DNA of 64,000 nt from Planctomycetota bacterium (GTDB lineage Bacteria > Planctomycetota > Planctomycetia > JALXBF01). This document shows positions 52,180 through 62,230 of the stretch, piece after piece; position 1 is the stretch's first letter, and the number at the start of each line of letters is the position of its first letter. The notes under the pieces were generated by a model. The model was not told where the DNA came from. It did not search any database and saw only the letters and a list, made by a program, of their open reading frames with translations. A program made the position numbers and the translations under genes. Location: assembly GCA_026991575.1 (NCBI GenBank), contig JALXBF010000029.1, positions 1 through 64,000 on the forward strand, in the 5' to 3' direction.

Positions 52180-52215
52180 AAAAAGTGTGCCCCGCGCGAG
52201 GGGGACGCGGGGCAC
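52180..52215 (-). terminator. Intrinsic terminator downstream of tRNA-Arg
   Basis: Stem GTGCCCCGCG / CGCGGGGCAC followed on the minus strand by ACTTTTT. Confidence 0.75.
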
Positions 52216-52247
52216 CGTCGGGGAGGGGTCGAAGGGCAGCTTGTAAA

Positions 52248-52321
52248 TACGCCGGGAGGGATTCGAACCCCCAACCTTCGGATCCGTAGTCCGATGCTCT
52301 ATCCAGTTGAGCTACCGGCGC
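52248..52321 (-). tRNA. tRNA-Arg(ACG)
   Basis: GCGCCGGTAGCTCAACTGGATAGAGCATCGGACTACGGATCCGAAGGTTGGGGGTTCGAATCCCTCCCGGCGTA; cloverleaf with anticodon ACG; CCA not encoded; TGATACAAT -10 upstream. Confidence 0.97.
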
Positions 52322-52694
52322 ACCGTGCAGTATGCGTCATGCCTCAGGTCGGGGCTCTTCGCTTCTATTGTATCACCCGACCAAGCCGCGGTGGCAAGAG
52401 CCGTCGGGGACAACCAACCCAACGGGCGTTCCCGCCGCGGCTCACTACTATTTAACCGACCTTCGCCAGCGAAGGCAAGTCCCCTTGGGGCTCGCTTCAA
52501 CCGCCCGAGTCGCTACCCATGGAACGCCGCGTGATGATGGGGGCAGGCTGGCGATGGCGGCACCAACCCACAGCGCTTGTTGTGACCCGGCGGGCGACGG
52601 GTCATAATTGAACAGGCTGCTCAGTGGGCATTCCGCCCCCGGTTGCCAACTCGTGTTGAGGGCAGCAAGTGACCACTCGCAGAGGAGGTGTTCG

Positions 52695-54110
52695 ATGGGC
52701 TCAAGTCATAGCCGGCTCTGGCTGACCAGCTCGATCGTTGTCTGCGCAACCGTGTCGCTGGGGCTTGGCGCGGGCGCGGCCGTTGCTCAGCAGCGTACGG
52801 CCGACGAGCAACCGTCCGAGCACGCCGTGGCCCAGCTGCGTCGCATGATTGAGCACGCCAAGCAGCGGGTCTACCCGGCGCTGGTGTTTCTGAAGCCGAT
52901 CCAGGAGGACATCGAGTCGGGAGAAACGCGCAAGCGCGAGGTGCTTGGTTCTGGCGTGATCATCACCCCGGACGGACTCGTGGTCACGAATCACCACGTG
53001 GTCGAACACGCCGTTGAAATCAGGGCGGTGCTGTCGGACCGCCGTCAGTTGCCCGCGAAGCTACTCGGGAAGGATCCGGAGACGGACCTGGCTCTGCTGC
53101 AACTGGAAGGGCTGCGCCCGGATGAGCAGCTGCCCTATGCTGAATTCGCCGATTCAGACCGACTCAGCTCAGGCGACTTCGTCATGGCCATGGGCAGCCC
53201 GTTCGGCTTCGAACGATCGATCTCGCTGGGCATCGTCTCCAACACGCGCCGCTACATGGGGTTCGAAGGACGGTACGTCTTCAACACTTTCATCCAGACC
53301 GATGCTGCGATCAACCCGGGCAACTCCGGTGGGCCACTGGTCGATGTGTACGGCCGAGTCGTCGGAATCAACACGCTCGCGTTACGCGGCGGCGATGGCA
53401 TCGGCTTTGCAATCCCATCGAACACAGTCCGCGACGTCGTACAACGGCTCCGCCGGGACGGCCGGGTCATCCGGGCGTACACGGGGTTGCGGTTGCAGCC
53501 GCTGCGTGACTTCCGCAGCAACACATTCGTCGACTCCGACGTCGGCGTCCTGGTGCGCGATGTTGCCCAGGCGTCTCCTGCCCAGGAGGCGGGGATCCGG
53601 CCCGGCGATCTGCTGGTGGCCGTGCGGGGCGAAACAGTCACAGCCACTTACGTCGAGGACCTGCCGGCTGTGGAACGGCTCCTGGCCGATTTGCCCATCG
53701 GCGAGTCGGTGGAGTTGACTATCCGGCGAGGCAGCGAGAACCTTACCGTCACGCTGGTACCCGAGGAACGGGGCTCGCTGGACCTGGCTTACTTCGAGTG
53801 CAAGCGGTGGGGGTTCACCGCCAAAGAGTACAACGAGTTCTCCGAGCCTACGCTCTCGTTCTACAAGCGGCGGGGGGTCTTCGTCAGCGGGGTGAAGTAT
53901 GGCGGACCCGGCTATCGAGCGGGCCTGCGGGAGCAGGATATCCTGCTGGAAGTGGCGGGCCGCACGATCGAGACGATCGACGACCTGAAGACCGCTTACG
54001 AAGAGGCGCTCGCCAAGAAGGGCCCACGCAAGCGCGTGCTGCTCCGCGTGAAGCGACGGCAGTTCGTGATGCCGATCGTCGTTGACTACAGCCGGGCAAG
54101 CGAGGACTGA
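52695..54110 (+). CDS. HtrA/DegP-like serine protease with two PDZ domains
   Basis: GAGGAGG RBS; signal peptide; VVTNHHVV, ETDLALL, IQTDAAINPGNSGGPL; SPAQEAGIRPGD and second PDZ. Confidence 0.92.
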   Translation: MGSSHSRLWLTSSIVVCATVSLGLGAGAAVAQQRTADEQPSEHAVAQLRRMIEHAKQRVYPALVFLKPIQEDIESGETRKREVLGSGVIITPDGLVVTNHHVVEHAVEIRAVLSDRRQLPAKLLGKDPETDLALLQLEGLRPDEQLPYAEFADSDRLSSGDFVMAMGSPFGFERSISLGIVSNTRRYMGFEGRYVFNTFIQTDAAINPGNSGGPLVDVYGRVVGINTLALRGGDGIGFAIPSNTVRDVVQRLRRDGRVIRAYTGLRLQPLRDFRSNTFVDSDVGVLVRDVAQASPAQEAGIRPGDLLVAVRGETVTATYVEDLPAVERLLADLPIGESVELTIRRGSENLTVTLVPEERGSLDLAYFECKRWGFTAKEYNEFSEPTLSFYKRRGVFVSGVKYGGPGYRAGLREQDILLEVAGRTIETIDDLKTAYEEALAKKGPRKRVLLRVKRRQFVMPIVVDYSRASED

Positions 54111-54111
54111 G

Positions 54112-56334
54112 ATGCACACTGCAAGAGTGGTCACACTGGTTGCCACAACCGTCCTTCTGATCCTCCAATCCGTGATCGGTGGCCAGGAGGCGGTCCCACC
54201 GGATTGTTTCGGCGTCGTTGAGGTTTACGCCCGCGTGCCCGGGTTCCCGCTGCCCAAGCAACTCCAACAGTACCCTCAGATGTACGACTGGCCCGAACTC
54301 ATCCTCGTTCGTACCCGACAGCCAGCCCGCCTTGGTGCCGTGGCCCTTGGCCCCGACCTGTTGGTCACCCGCGATTGCATGATCGAACCGGACGCTGTGC
54401 AACGCGTTCTGGTACGGAACAGCAAGGGCCAAACAGCAAACGCCGTGCTTGTCGGTCGTCATCCGACGGTCCCGTGCCTGGTGTTCAAGGCTGACAGGCC
54501 CCTGTTCCGCCCCATCCGCTCCGGGCAGAATCGGCCGGCGATCGGTGAGGTAACGTCGGTCCGCTTGCTTCATGTGGACGACTACTGGCACCTGCACAAG
54601 GAGACCGCCCTCCGGGAACCGATTTGGCACCGACCGGAACAGTTCGTGATCGGGACCGGCTTGTCCGATTCACAGCTGAACCTGGGGCAGGTCCTGTATA
54701 GCAATCGTGAGGCGTTTATCGATAGCCCTGCGGTATTGGTTGCCGAAAGCACGCCTTTCGCGGTGGGCTTCAGCTCTGGCGTGCATTTCGAAGCCGATGC
54801 GATGCTGGACGGGCTGCCGCTGTCGCCCCCTTCGGAAGCCGCTTTGGTTACGCCCGAGAAGCAGCGAGCTGCCGTCGCACGGATCGAGGCCGCCGCCGCC
54901 AAGAGCACGGTGTCGGTGCGGCTCCGCTTCCGCAAGGCAGAGGGAGCGGAGGAAACGGTCGCTGACCTGGATGCGCTCGGGCTCGTCCTCGGCTCGGGAT
55001 ACATCCTCGTGCCTCGCGCCGTGACACGTGCCCAGGCGGCGTTAATCGAAACGGTCACGCTGGAGCCGGACTCGGACGAACCGGTTCCAGCGACGTTTGT
55101 CGGCGCGTTGCGTGAATACGAAGCGTTTCTCGTGCAGGCCGACACGAAGGCCCTTGAAAAGCTGGGCGTCGCACCGCCGCAGCGTAGCCGTGCCCATGTA
55201 GGGACGTACCGGCTCTACGGCGCAACCCATCTGAACTGGGCTTACGGTACGCGGTTCTTCCAGACACGGCTCGCCCGGCCCTACTCAATCGACACGAGCT
55301 TCTATGGCGGCACAGTCTTTTACTTCACCCCGACCATCCCGCGGGGCACAGCCGTCTGGACGCTCGACGCGGAGCTGGTCGGTGTGGAACTGCGCGAACG
55401 TGATCCTTATGCGGGCCTTGACGAGATGCTTCCCTCCCCGCCGCCGACACTGGCCGTCTTCAGCTCCAGGCACAGTCCCAGTTCGGTCTTCATCACTGCG
55501 GATCACCTTGATCGGTGGCTCCAGCAGCTGGACCGGGTGCTTGATCCGCGGGTTCGGCCAGTGCCCCCCGGCCAGGAGCATCGACGGCCGTGGCTCGGGG
55601 TCGAGTTCGCGCGCGTTTCGAAAGACCTGGCCGACGCCCTTGGTTGCCGCAAAGAAACTCGTGACGGCACCATCGGCCTGCAGGTCCAGCTGGTCTACCC
55701 CGGTTCGCCGGCCGAGAAGGCCGGGATCCGCGTCGGTGACATCCTGCTTGCGCTGTCCTTCCCCGACTATCCCCGGCTGATAGAGCTCACCGGCCGGCGG
55801 CGTCCGACTGGGAACGTCCGCGAGGTGCTAGAGCGGCTGATGCGCCAGCGAATGTTCGGCAACCGACGTCGCGCTGCCGGCCCGTGGCCAAGCCGCGATA
55901 ACTACCTGACCGAACTGCTCGCGATCCTTGGCCCGGGCACCAAGGTCAGCGTGATCTACTGGCGTGACGGCAAGCTTTATAACGTGCCGACCACCATTGA
56001 GCTAGCCCCGCCGGATCAGGATTCCGCAGCGAAGTACGAGAACAAGAAGCTCGGCCTGACTGTCAAGGAGCTGACCTACGAAGTTCGCGCCGCCCTGCAA
56101 CTCGGACCGGACGCCCCGGGGGTGGTGGTGGCAAAGGTCGACAGTGGTACGGCCGCGTCCCAGGCCAGGCTGCGGCCGGGTGAGATCATCGTCACGGCGG
56201 ACGATCAGCCTCTGCACAGCCCAGAGGACCTGAAGGCAGCCGTGCAGCAGGCGCAGAAAGCCGGCAAGGCGTCGATCCGGCTGCGGGTCGTGGAACGGGG
56301 TCGATCCCGCTTCGCGGACCTGCGTCTCGATTAA
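54112..56334 (+). CDS. Exported two-PDZ protein with degenerate trypsin-like region(s)
   Basis: Signal peptide; RPWLGV...VYPGSPAEKAGIRVGD and LGLTVKEL...GVVVAKVDSG...LRPGEII; no TNxH or GNSGG motif. Confidence 0.75.
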   Translation: MHTARVVTLVATTVLLILQSVIGGQEAVPPDCFGVVEVYARVPGFPLPKQLQQYPQMYDWPELILVRTRQPARLGAVALGPDLLVTRDCMIEPDAVQRVLVRNSKGQTANAVLVGRHPTVPCLVFKADRPLFRPIRSGQNRPAIGEVTSVRLLHVDDYWHLHKETALREPIWHRPEQFVIGTGLSDSQLNLGQVLYSNREAFIDSPAVLVAESTPFAVGFSSGVHFEADAMLDGLPLSPPSEAALVTPEKQRAAVARIEAAAAKSTVSVRLRFRKAEGAEETVADLDALGLVLGSGYILVPRAVTRAQAALIETVTLEPDSDEPVPATFVGALREYEAFLVQADTKALEKLGVAPPQRSRAHVGTYRLYGATHLNWAYGTRFFQTRLARPYSIDTSFYGGTVFYFTPTIPRGTAVWTLDAELVGVELRERDPYAGLDEMLPSPPPTLAVFSSRHSPSSVFITADHLDRWLQQLDRVLDPRVRPVPPGQEHRRPWLGVEFARVSKDLADALGCRKETRDGTIGLQVQLVYPGSPAEKAGIRVGDILLALSFPDYPRLIELTGRRRPTGNVREVLERLMRQRMFGNRRRAAGPWPSRDNYLTELLAILGPGTKVSVIYWRDGKLYNVPTTIELAPPDQDSAAKYENKKLGLTVKELTYEVRAALQLGPDAPGVVVAKVDSGTAASQARLRPGEIIVTADDQPLHSPEDLKAAVQQAQKAGKASIRLRVVERGRSRFADLRLD

Positions 56335-56367
56335 GCCGGTTGCTGGGTGTGGATGCCGGCTAGCTCC

Positions 56368-58779
56368 CTACCGCTCGGCTGCAGCCTCCGCGCCGGGCTG
56401 CTGCCGCTGCGACGCCGCCGAGGCCCCTGAGCCGTCAGCTGCCGCGGGAGCGTGCTCGGACTCGTGCCCAGTGACGAGCTCCTCGGTAGGCGGGCCGGTT
56501 AGCACCAACGGCTTGCGGGCGCGGTACAGTTCGCGCCGCTGCTGGAGCTTCTCCGCCTCCTCCCGGAAGCCCGCCTGGCGAGCAGCCAGCAAACCGCGTT
56601 CAATCACTCGGAGTGCATCCTCAAACTGGCCGCGCGCTGCCAACGCAGCAGCCAGCACATCAAAACCGCGAATATCCCGGGCCTGATCGATCAACCACCG
56701 ACCGTGCAGCTCCGCTTGCCTGGGCTCACGCACGGAAGCATCCGGAGCGGCGGCCAGTAGCAGGCCAAGATGGTAGCGCGTGTTCACGTGCGTCGGATTG
56801 GCCAGATACGCTCGCTGGAGCACACTCTTAGCCCGGGCCCAGTCGCCACGAGACTCGTAGATCTCCGCCAGCCGAACCGCCGGCGACACGAACGTTGGTT
56901 CCACCTGCAGCGCCAGCTCATAGAGCCGGATCGCCTCGTCGACCTTGCCCTGCTCGGCCTTGAGATTCGCGAGGTTGTAGATGGGGGTGCCGCTTTCGCG
57001 GTCCAGACGCATGACCTGCGCCAGCAGCTGCTCGGCCTTGTCGTATTGCTTCTTGGCCTTGTACAGCAGCGCAAGGTTGTTCATAGCGCGCACGTTGTCA
57101 GGCTGCTGCCGCAGCACCTCTTGTAGTGCCCCGATCGCCTCATCGTGGCGGTCCAGGTGATGCAGCACACTGGCCATGTTGTACAGGTAGATCGGTTCGC
57201 CGGGACGAATTGCCAGCGCAGCCTCGTACGCCTTCAACGCCTCCTCGTACTCGCCACGGTCGGCCAGAATGTTGCCGAGCACGTTGTGCGCCGAGGCATT
57301 CGACGGCCGCAACCTCAAAGCAATCCGTGCGTACCTCTCAGCCTGCGTAAGGTCGCCGTTCTGGTAGTACTGGGCCGCCAGGTTCGAGTAAGCCAGACTA
57401 GCCTGGGGCTGAACCCGCACGGCGTGTTGCCACAGGGCCATATCGTTGTTCCAGTAGGTCGTCTGTTGGGCAGTCAACAGGCACAGTAGCAGCGACACAA
57501 CGCCAACGATCAGCCCAACCGAAGCCCCCCCGAACTGCTGGACCAACCAGGCTACGCCACTGCCTACCACGACCGCCAGCGGCATGGAAGCCAGGTACGT
57601 GTACCGATCGGCCGCAATCTGCGGTCCCGCTTGAAGCAGGCCGGAAACCGGCGCAAGGATCGCCAGGAACGCAAGCCAGCCTACCCACAGGGCCGGCCAG
57701 CGGTGCCGCGCAATCCAGGTCCAAGCGGTCACGCCGAGCAGTAACACGACGCCGAGCGCGATATAGGCGTAGTGCCAGGCCGTCAGCGTCTCCGGCTGCT
57801 CGTAAATGGGGCTCAACGCGATGGGGACCACCATTTTCGTCAGGTAGAACCCGACGCCGAATGCTGCGCTGGCCAGACGGCGTCCGATCGGATAACCGGC
57901 AATCGGCGCCAGCGTCCCCTCCAGCGCCTGACCTGCGATGGCCACCAGCCCCAGAACCAGCGCCGCGGCAAACGGGAACAGCTTCTCACGTACGCAGCCC
58001 CAGAACTCGGCCGACCTCACGCCGCGGTACCGCCTCAACGGGTACCAATCTACCAGGAGAAGAACCACGGGGAACGCCACGACCGTCGCCTTCGCCAGAC
58101 CTGCCAGGACGAACACAAGCCAGGCCGGCCAGAGCGCCCTCACCCGCACCGCTCGGCCCGTCTCCGGATCCGGGACAAAAGCCTTCAGGTACAGAAGCGT
58201 CGCCAACAGAGCGAGTGCTCCGGATAACACGTCGCGCCGCTCGGTCACCCAGGCAACCGACTCGACGCGGAGCGGGTGGATGGCAAACAACAGGGCCGCC
58301 GCGCTACTGCCCAGCGCGAGTGCCGTCGGCATCACGCCACGGGAAGGCCGCGAAAACAGCAGCAAACGCCACGCCACCGACACGCACAGGATGGCCGCGA
58401 GCAGATGGAGGAGCAGGTTCGTTAGGTGAAACCCAAACGGGTTCAGTCCCCAGATCTGGTAATCGATCGCCAGGCTCAGCCAGCTCAGCGGCTGGTAGGG
58501 CCCCATGTGAAACGTGGTGAACATCCAGGCGAGATTCTCGGGACTGAGCGAGCGAATTCGCAAGTTCGTCAGAATCGTCTCGCCATCGTCCCAGCCCAGG
58601 AAGCCGTTGCCCAGGCCAATTCCATGAGCAACGGCTGTGACCAGAGCAACCGCAACCAGGAGCTTAACGCTGGGGCGCGGAAGTTCGGCCCTTGTTTCAG
58701 CGCCGGCAAGGTCAGCTGAGGGTGCAGTTTTCGTCTGCGTTCCTTCCATCTTCGCCTGTGGCCTCTTGTGGGTAAGCAC
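56368..58779 (-). CDS. TMTC-like GT-C glycosyltransferase with TPR repeats
   Basis: GFLGWDD, YQPLSWLS.AIDY, FHLTNLLLH, LFAIHPLRVESVAWVTERRD, ADRYTY, then multiple TPRs; start uncertain. Confidence 0.85.
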   Translation of the reverse strand: MLTHKRPQAKMEGTQTKTAPSADLAGAETRAELPRPSVKLLVAVALVTAVAHGIGLGNGFLGWDDGETILTNLRIRSLSPENLAWMFTTFHMGPYQPLSWLSLAIDYQIWGLNPFGFHLTNLLLHLLAAILCVSVAWRLLLFSRPSRGVMPTALALGSSAAALLFAIHPLRVESVAWVTERRDVLSGALALLATLLYLKAFVPDPETGRAVRVRALWPAWLVFVLAGLAKATVVAFPVVLLLVDWYPLRRYRGVRSAEFWGCVREKLFPFAAALVLGLVAIAGQALEGTLAPIAGYPIGRRLASAAFGVGFYLTKMVVPIALSPIYEQPETLTAWHYAYIALGVVLLLGVTAWTWIARHRWPALWVGWLAFLAILAPVSGLLQAGPQIAADRYTYLASMPLAVVVGSGVAWLVQQFGGASVGLIVGVVSLLLCLLTAQQTTYWNNDMALWQHAVRVQPQASLAYSNLAAQYYQNGDLTQAERYARIALRLRPSNASAHNVLGNILADRGEYEEALKAYEAALAIRPGEPIYLYNMASVLHHLDRHDEAIGALQEVLRQQPDNVRAMNNLALLYKAKKQYDKAEQLLAQVMRLDRESGTPIYNLANLKAEQGKVDEAIRLYELALQVEPTFVSPAVRLAEIYESRGDWARAKSVLQRAYLANPTHVNTRYHLGLLLAAAPDASVREPRQAELHGRWLIDQARDIRGFDVLAAALAARGQFEDALRVIERGLLAARQAGFREEAEKLQQRRELYRARKPLVLTGPPTEELVTGHESEHAPAAADGSGASAASQRQQPGAEAAAER

Positions 58780-59040
58780 TCTACGACAGCGGTACGGGGC
58801 GGACTTAGCACGCTGCGTTCGGTGGCGAATCTACCTTGTCTACGGCGACGCGGCCGTCACGGTTGAATTGCCGCTGCACGGGGACCCTGCTCCCGACGTG
58901 ACTGGCCGGCGCGTGCGAACGCCGACGCTGCCGCTGCCCGCAGCTGTACCGGGAAAGGTTTCGCTCGGGTGGCTGTCGGGGGGTGGGCCGTGCTAGACTG
59001 AGGGATGCTCGTGCCGAGAACCATGCTGTGGAGGCTCACC

Positions 59041-60006
59041 ATGAAGCGCACGCTGGCAGGCATCGGCTGTTTCGTAGCAGGCATCGCCGTCGGTGCGTTC
59101 TTCGGGGGGCTTGTGTCGTCGGCTCGATCTCAGGCGCCGGCCAAGCCCGTAGCGGCCGCCGTCACAGCGTCCGACAAGGAAGGCCTACGGATTATCGGTT
59201 TTGGGGCTCACCCGGACGATTGTGAGATCCGGGCGGGGGGTACGGCGGCGCTCTGGAGCAAGCACGGCTATGCCGTGAAGTTCGTGTCAGCCACCAATGG
59301 CGATATCGGCCACTGGCAAATGGCTGGCGGTCCGCTGGCTCAGCGGCGACTGCGCGAGGTGATGAAGGCCGACAAGATCCTCGGCGTGGCTACCGAAGTG
59401 CTCGACATCCACGACGGCGAACTGGAGCCGACACTGGAGAACCGCCGCAAGTTCGTGCGGCTGATTCGAAGCTGGCGTGCCGACGTGGTCATGGGACATC
59501 GGCCAAATGATTACCATCCGGATCACCGCTATACCGGCGTCCTCATGCAGGACTCGGCGTTCATGGTTGCGGTTCCCTATTTCTGTCCCGACGTTCCGTA
59601 CCTGCGGCGGAACCCGGTTTATCTGTACTACTACGACCGGTTCGAACGGCCTACGCCGTTCCGCCCCGATGTGGTGATCCCGATCGATGAGGTGATCGAT
59701 CAGAAGTTGGAGGCCCTCTTGGTGATGGAATCGCAGTTCATCGAAGGTGGGGCGCTGGGATACCTTCGACCGCTGCCGCAGGGAGCAGCAGCGCGGGCCG
59801 CACGCCGCGAGCAGGCCAGGCAAGGATTCCTGCGCCGGTTTGCTGCGGTGGCGGATCAGTACCGTGATCGACTGATTGAGCTGTACGGGCCGGAGGTCGG
59901 CAAGAAGGTGCGATACGCCGAAGCGTTTGAGATCTGCGAGTACGGACGCCAGCCAACGGCTGAAGAACTGCGCAAGATCTTCCCGTTCGCACCGTGGCCT
60001 GACTAG
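59041..60006 (+). CDS. PIG-L/LmbE family deacetylase, exported
   Basis: GAHPDDCE, TNGD, DYHPDH, YAEAF; N-terminal signal/TM; TGCTAGACT -10 upstream. Confidence 0.9.
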   Translation: MKRTLAGIGCFVAGIAVGAFFGGLVSSARSQAPAKPVAAAVTASDKEGLRIIGFGAHPDDCEIRAGGTAALWSKHGYAVKFVSATNGDIGHWQMAGGPLAQRRLREVMKADKILGVATEVLDIHDGELEPTLENRRKFVRLIRSWRADVVMGHRPNDYHPDHRYTGVLMQDSAFMVAVPYFCPDVPYLRRNPVYLYYYDRFERPTPFRPDVVIPIDEVIDQKLEALLVMESQFIEGGALGYLRPLPQGAAARAARREQARQGFLRRFAAVADQYRDRLIELYGPEVGKKVRYAEAFEICEYGRQPTAEELRKIFPFAPWPD

Positions 60007-60215
60007 CTATCCCCGCAGCCCCGCTGACCGTCCCCGCGCGCACGAGCGTGCCTTCGAAGTCTGGCAACAACAGATCGGGCCCCGGACTCGGGAGAACCGT
60101 GCGCGATCCGAAGCGGACAAGCTAACCGGCTTGTAGACCTTTCCAAACACTCGCGCTTTCCGACTGCGCACGAGGATCCGACAACCTGACAAGCTTCCTG
60201 CAGCGGCTGGCTCCA

Positions 60216-62216
60216 CTAATAGCCCCGTTCCAGGTCGACGACGTTCAGCAGCGGTTCGCCTCGGACGAACCGGCGCAGGTTCTCGCGATACAGCTCGAAG
60301 AGCCGATCGTTGCGATGCTCGGACCAGGATGCCATGTGTGGGGTGATGATGACGTTGGGGAACTGCCAGAGCGGGTGGTCTGGAGGCAGCGGTTCCGGAT
60401 CGGTTACGTCCAGGCCAGCGCCCGCAATACGACCTTCTCGAAGAGCGCGCACCAGGGCATCCGTGTCCGTCGAGCGTCCCCGGCCCACGGAAATGAAATA
60501 GGCCGTCGGCTTCATTGCCCCGAAGAACTCGTCATCAAACCACTTCTCCGTCACCTTGGTCAACGGGGCGCAGTTGAAGACCACGTCGGCCCGCGCCGCC
60601 ATCTCCAGCAGGGCTTCCGGCTTGCCGAGTTGGAACACAAAGTCGGGCTTCGCCAAGGGCTTCGGATCGATCGCCAGCACCCGGCAGCCAAACGCGGCGG
60701 CCCGCCGGGCCACCTCGGTGCCGATCCCCCCAAGCCCAACGACCAGCACCGTCTTCCCGGCAAGCTCAATGATCCGGTTACGATCGAAGTCCTCTGGCAA
60801 CTCCCACCGGCCACCCTGTGCATGATGGGCCGCGATTGCCTTGATTCCTCGCGTGAACGCCAGCAACATGGCGAACGCGTGGTCGGCAATCTCTGGACCG
60901 TAGATCCGCTGGGCATTGGTAAGCACAATGCCACGTTCGGTCAGTTCGCTGATTCCGACGTACCGCTCGACCCCAGCAGAAGGCACCTGGATCCACCGCA
61001 ATCGCTTGCCTGCGCGGACCAGCTCGGGCGTGCACAGTCCGATGACCCCGTCCGCGTCTGAGACAAGCCGAACTGCCTCGCGCTCGTTCCGGTACGGGAC
61101 GAGCTGGACGTCGCCGGCCACGGCCTGCAACGCCGCCATGCGCAGCGGGCTCAGACGCGGCACCAATACCTTCGTAGGCTTCGTCCAGCCAGGGTCCTCG
61201 CTCGTCGGCGAAGGTCCTTCCTTCAGCCCTAAGTCGCGCAGCAGGTAGTACCGTGGGACCAGGCCGAGGATCTCGGCGTAAACGTGCTGCAGGTTCTCAA
61301 CTCGCGTGCGTGCTTCGACGCCGGTCCAGCTCTTGTAGAACGGCAATCGGAACGAGTCGCGGATCTGGGCAAAACTCTTGCCCGCCAGGGCCCCGGCCAG
61401 TACATGTCGCCTCAACTCGACGATGTACCGCCTCTGGAGCTCCAATAGCTCCTTTCCCGCCGGCGGACCATGCCCGGGGGCCACGATGTCGATGTCCAGC
61501 TGCTGGATCGCCTCCAGCACCCGCACCCAACTTTCCGTGTCCGCGTCGCCCATGTAGTTGTACGGCCCGTTGACGCACAGGTCACCGGTGAAGACGATTC
61601 GTTGTTTTGGCAAGTAGGCAATCGCATCGCCGGGCGTGTGCCCGTGGCCAAAGTGCAAGAACTCCACCCGCTGTACGCCATCGTCCAGCACAAGCTTCCG
61701 CTCGAAGGCCACCGTAGCGTGCTTTAGCTCCGTGCCCTCCACCAACGCTCGCTGCCGCGCGCTGGGCGAACGATGCTGCAGCAGCCAGCCGATTGGATTC
61801 TTGAGCCGTTGATCCCGGATGCACAGCGTATGCCCGATCCCGACCGCACCGACGGAGACGTACACGCCGTTGCCAAACGAGTGGTCTCCGTGGTAATGCG
61901 TGTCGAACACGAATCGGATCGGCTTCTTGGTTGTCTTGCGAACCGCGTCGATGACGTGCCGCGCAGAGAACGGAAACCCGGCATCGATAACGACCACGTA
62001 GTCCTTGAAGATGACCCAGCCCGAGTTGCTGCCAATGAAGTCTGGCTGGCCTGGAGTCACCAGAAAGTAGACCCCGGGCGCCAACTGCTGGACCCTGACC
62101 GGGACCTTCTCCAGCGGCAACGGTCGGCGTGTCTTCGCTTCCTGAGCGACCGCCGGCGTGGCAACCAGGATGCCGGAGCCGGCGAGCACGACGGCAACCG
62201 AAACGAGCCTCCGCAT
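60216..62216 (-). CDS. Fusion of MBL-fold metallohydrolase and D-2-hydroxyacid dehydrogenase, with signal peptide
   Basis: Signal ...ATPAVA; THYHGDH, GHTPGD, TGDL, PGHG; then GLGGIG, VGRG, LDVTDPEPL, ITPHMA. Confidence 0.88.
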   Translation of the reverse strand: MRRLVSVAVVLAGSGILVATPAVAQEAKTRRPLPLEKVPVRVQQLAPGVYFLVTPGQPDFIGSNSGWVIFKDYVVVIDAGFPFSARHVIDAVRKTTKKPIRFVFDTHYHGDHSFGNGVYVSVGAVGIGHTLCIRDQRLKNPIGWLLQHRSPSARQRALVEGTELKHATVAFERKLVLDDGVQRVEFLHFGHGHTPGDAIAYLPKQRIVFTGDLCVNGPYNYMGDADTESWVRVLEAIQQLDIDIVAPGHGPPAGKELLELQRRYIVELRRHVLAGALAGKSFAQIRDSFRLPFYKSWTGVEARTRVENLQHVYAEILGLVPRYYLLRDLGLKEGPSPTSEDPGWTKPTKVLVPRLSPLRMAALQAVAGDVQLVPYRNEREAVRLVSDADGVIGLCTPELVRAGKRLRWIQVPSAGVERYVGISELTERGIVLTNAQRIYGPEIADHAFAMLLAFTRGIKAIAAHHAQGGRWELPEDFDRNRIIELAGKTVLVVGLGGIGTEVARRAAAFGCRVLAIDPKPLAKPDFVFQLGKPEALLEMAARADVVFNCAPLTKVTEKWFDDEFFGAMKPTAYFISVGRGRSTDTDALVRALREGRIAGAGLDVTDPEPLPPDHPLWQFPNVIITPHMASWSEHRNDRLFELYRENLRRFVRGEPLLNVVDLERGY

Positions 62217-62230
62217 CGCGACCGCACTCC

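Noticed and set aside
52248..52321. tRNA-Arg as an integration site for an island
   Set aside because: No integrase and no duplicated tRNA 3' end were seen in the window.
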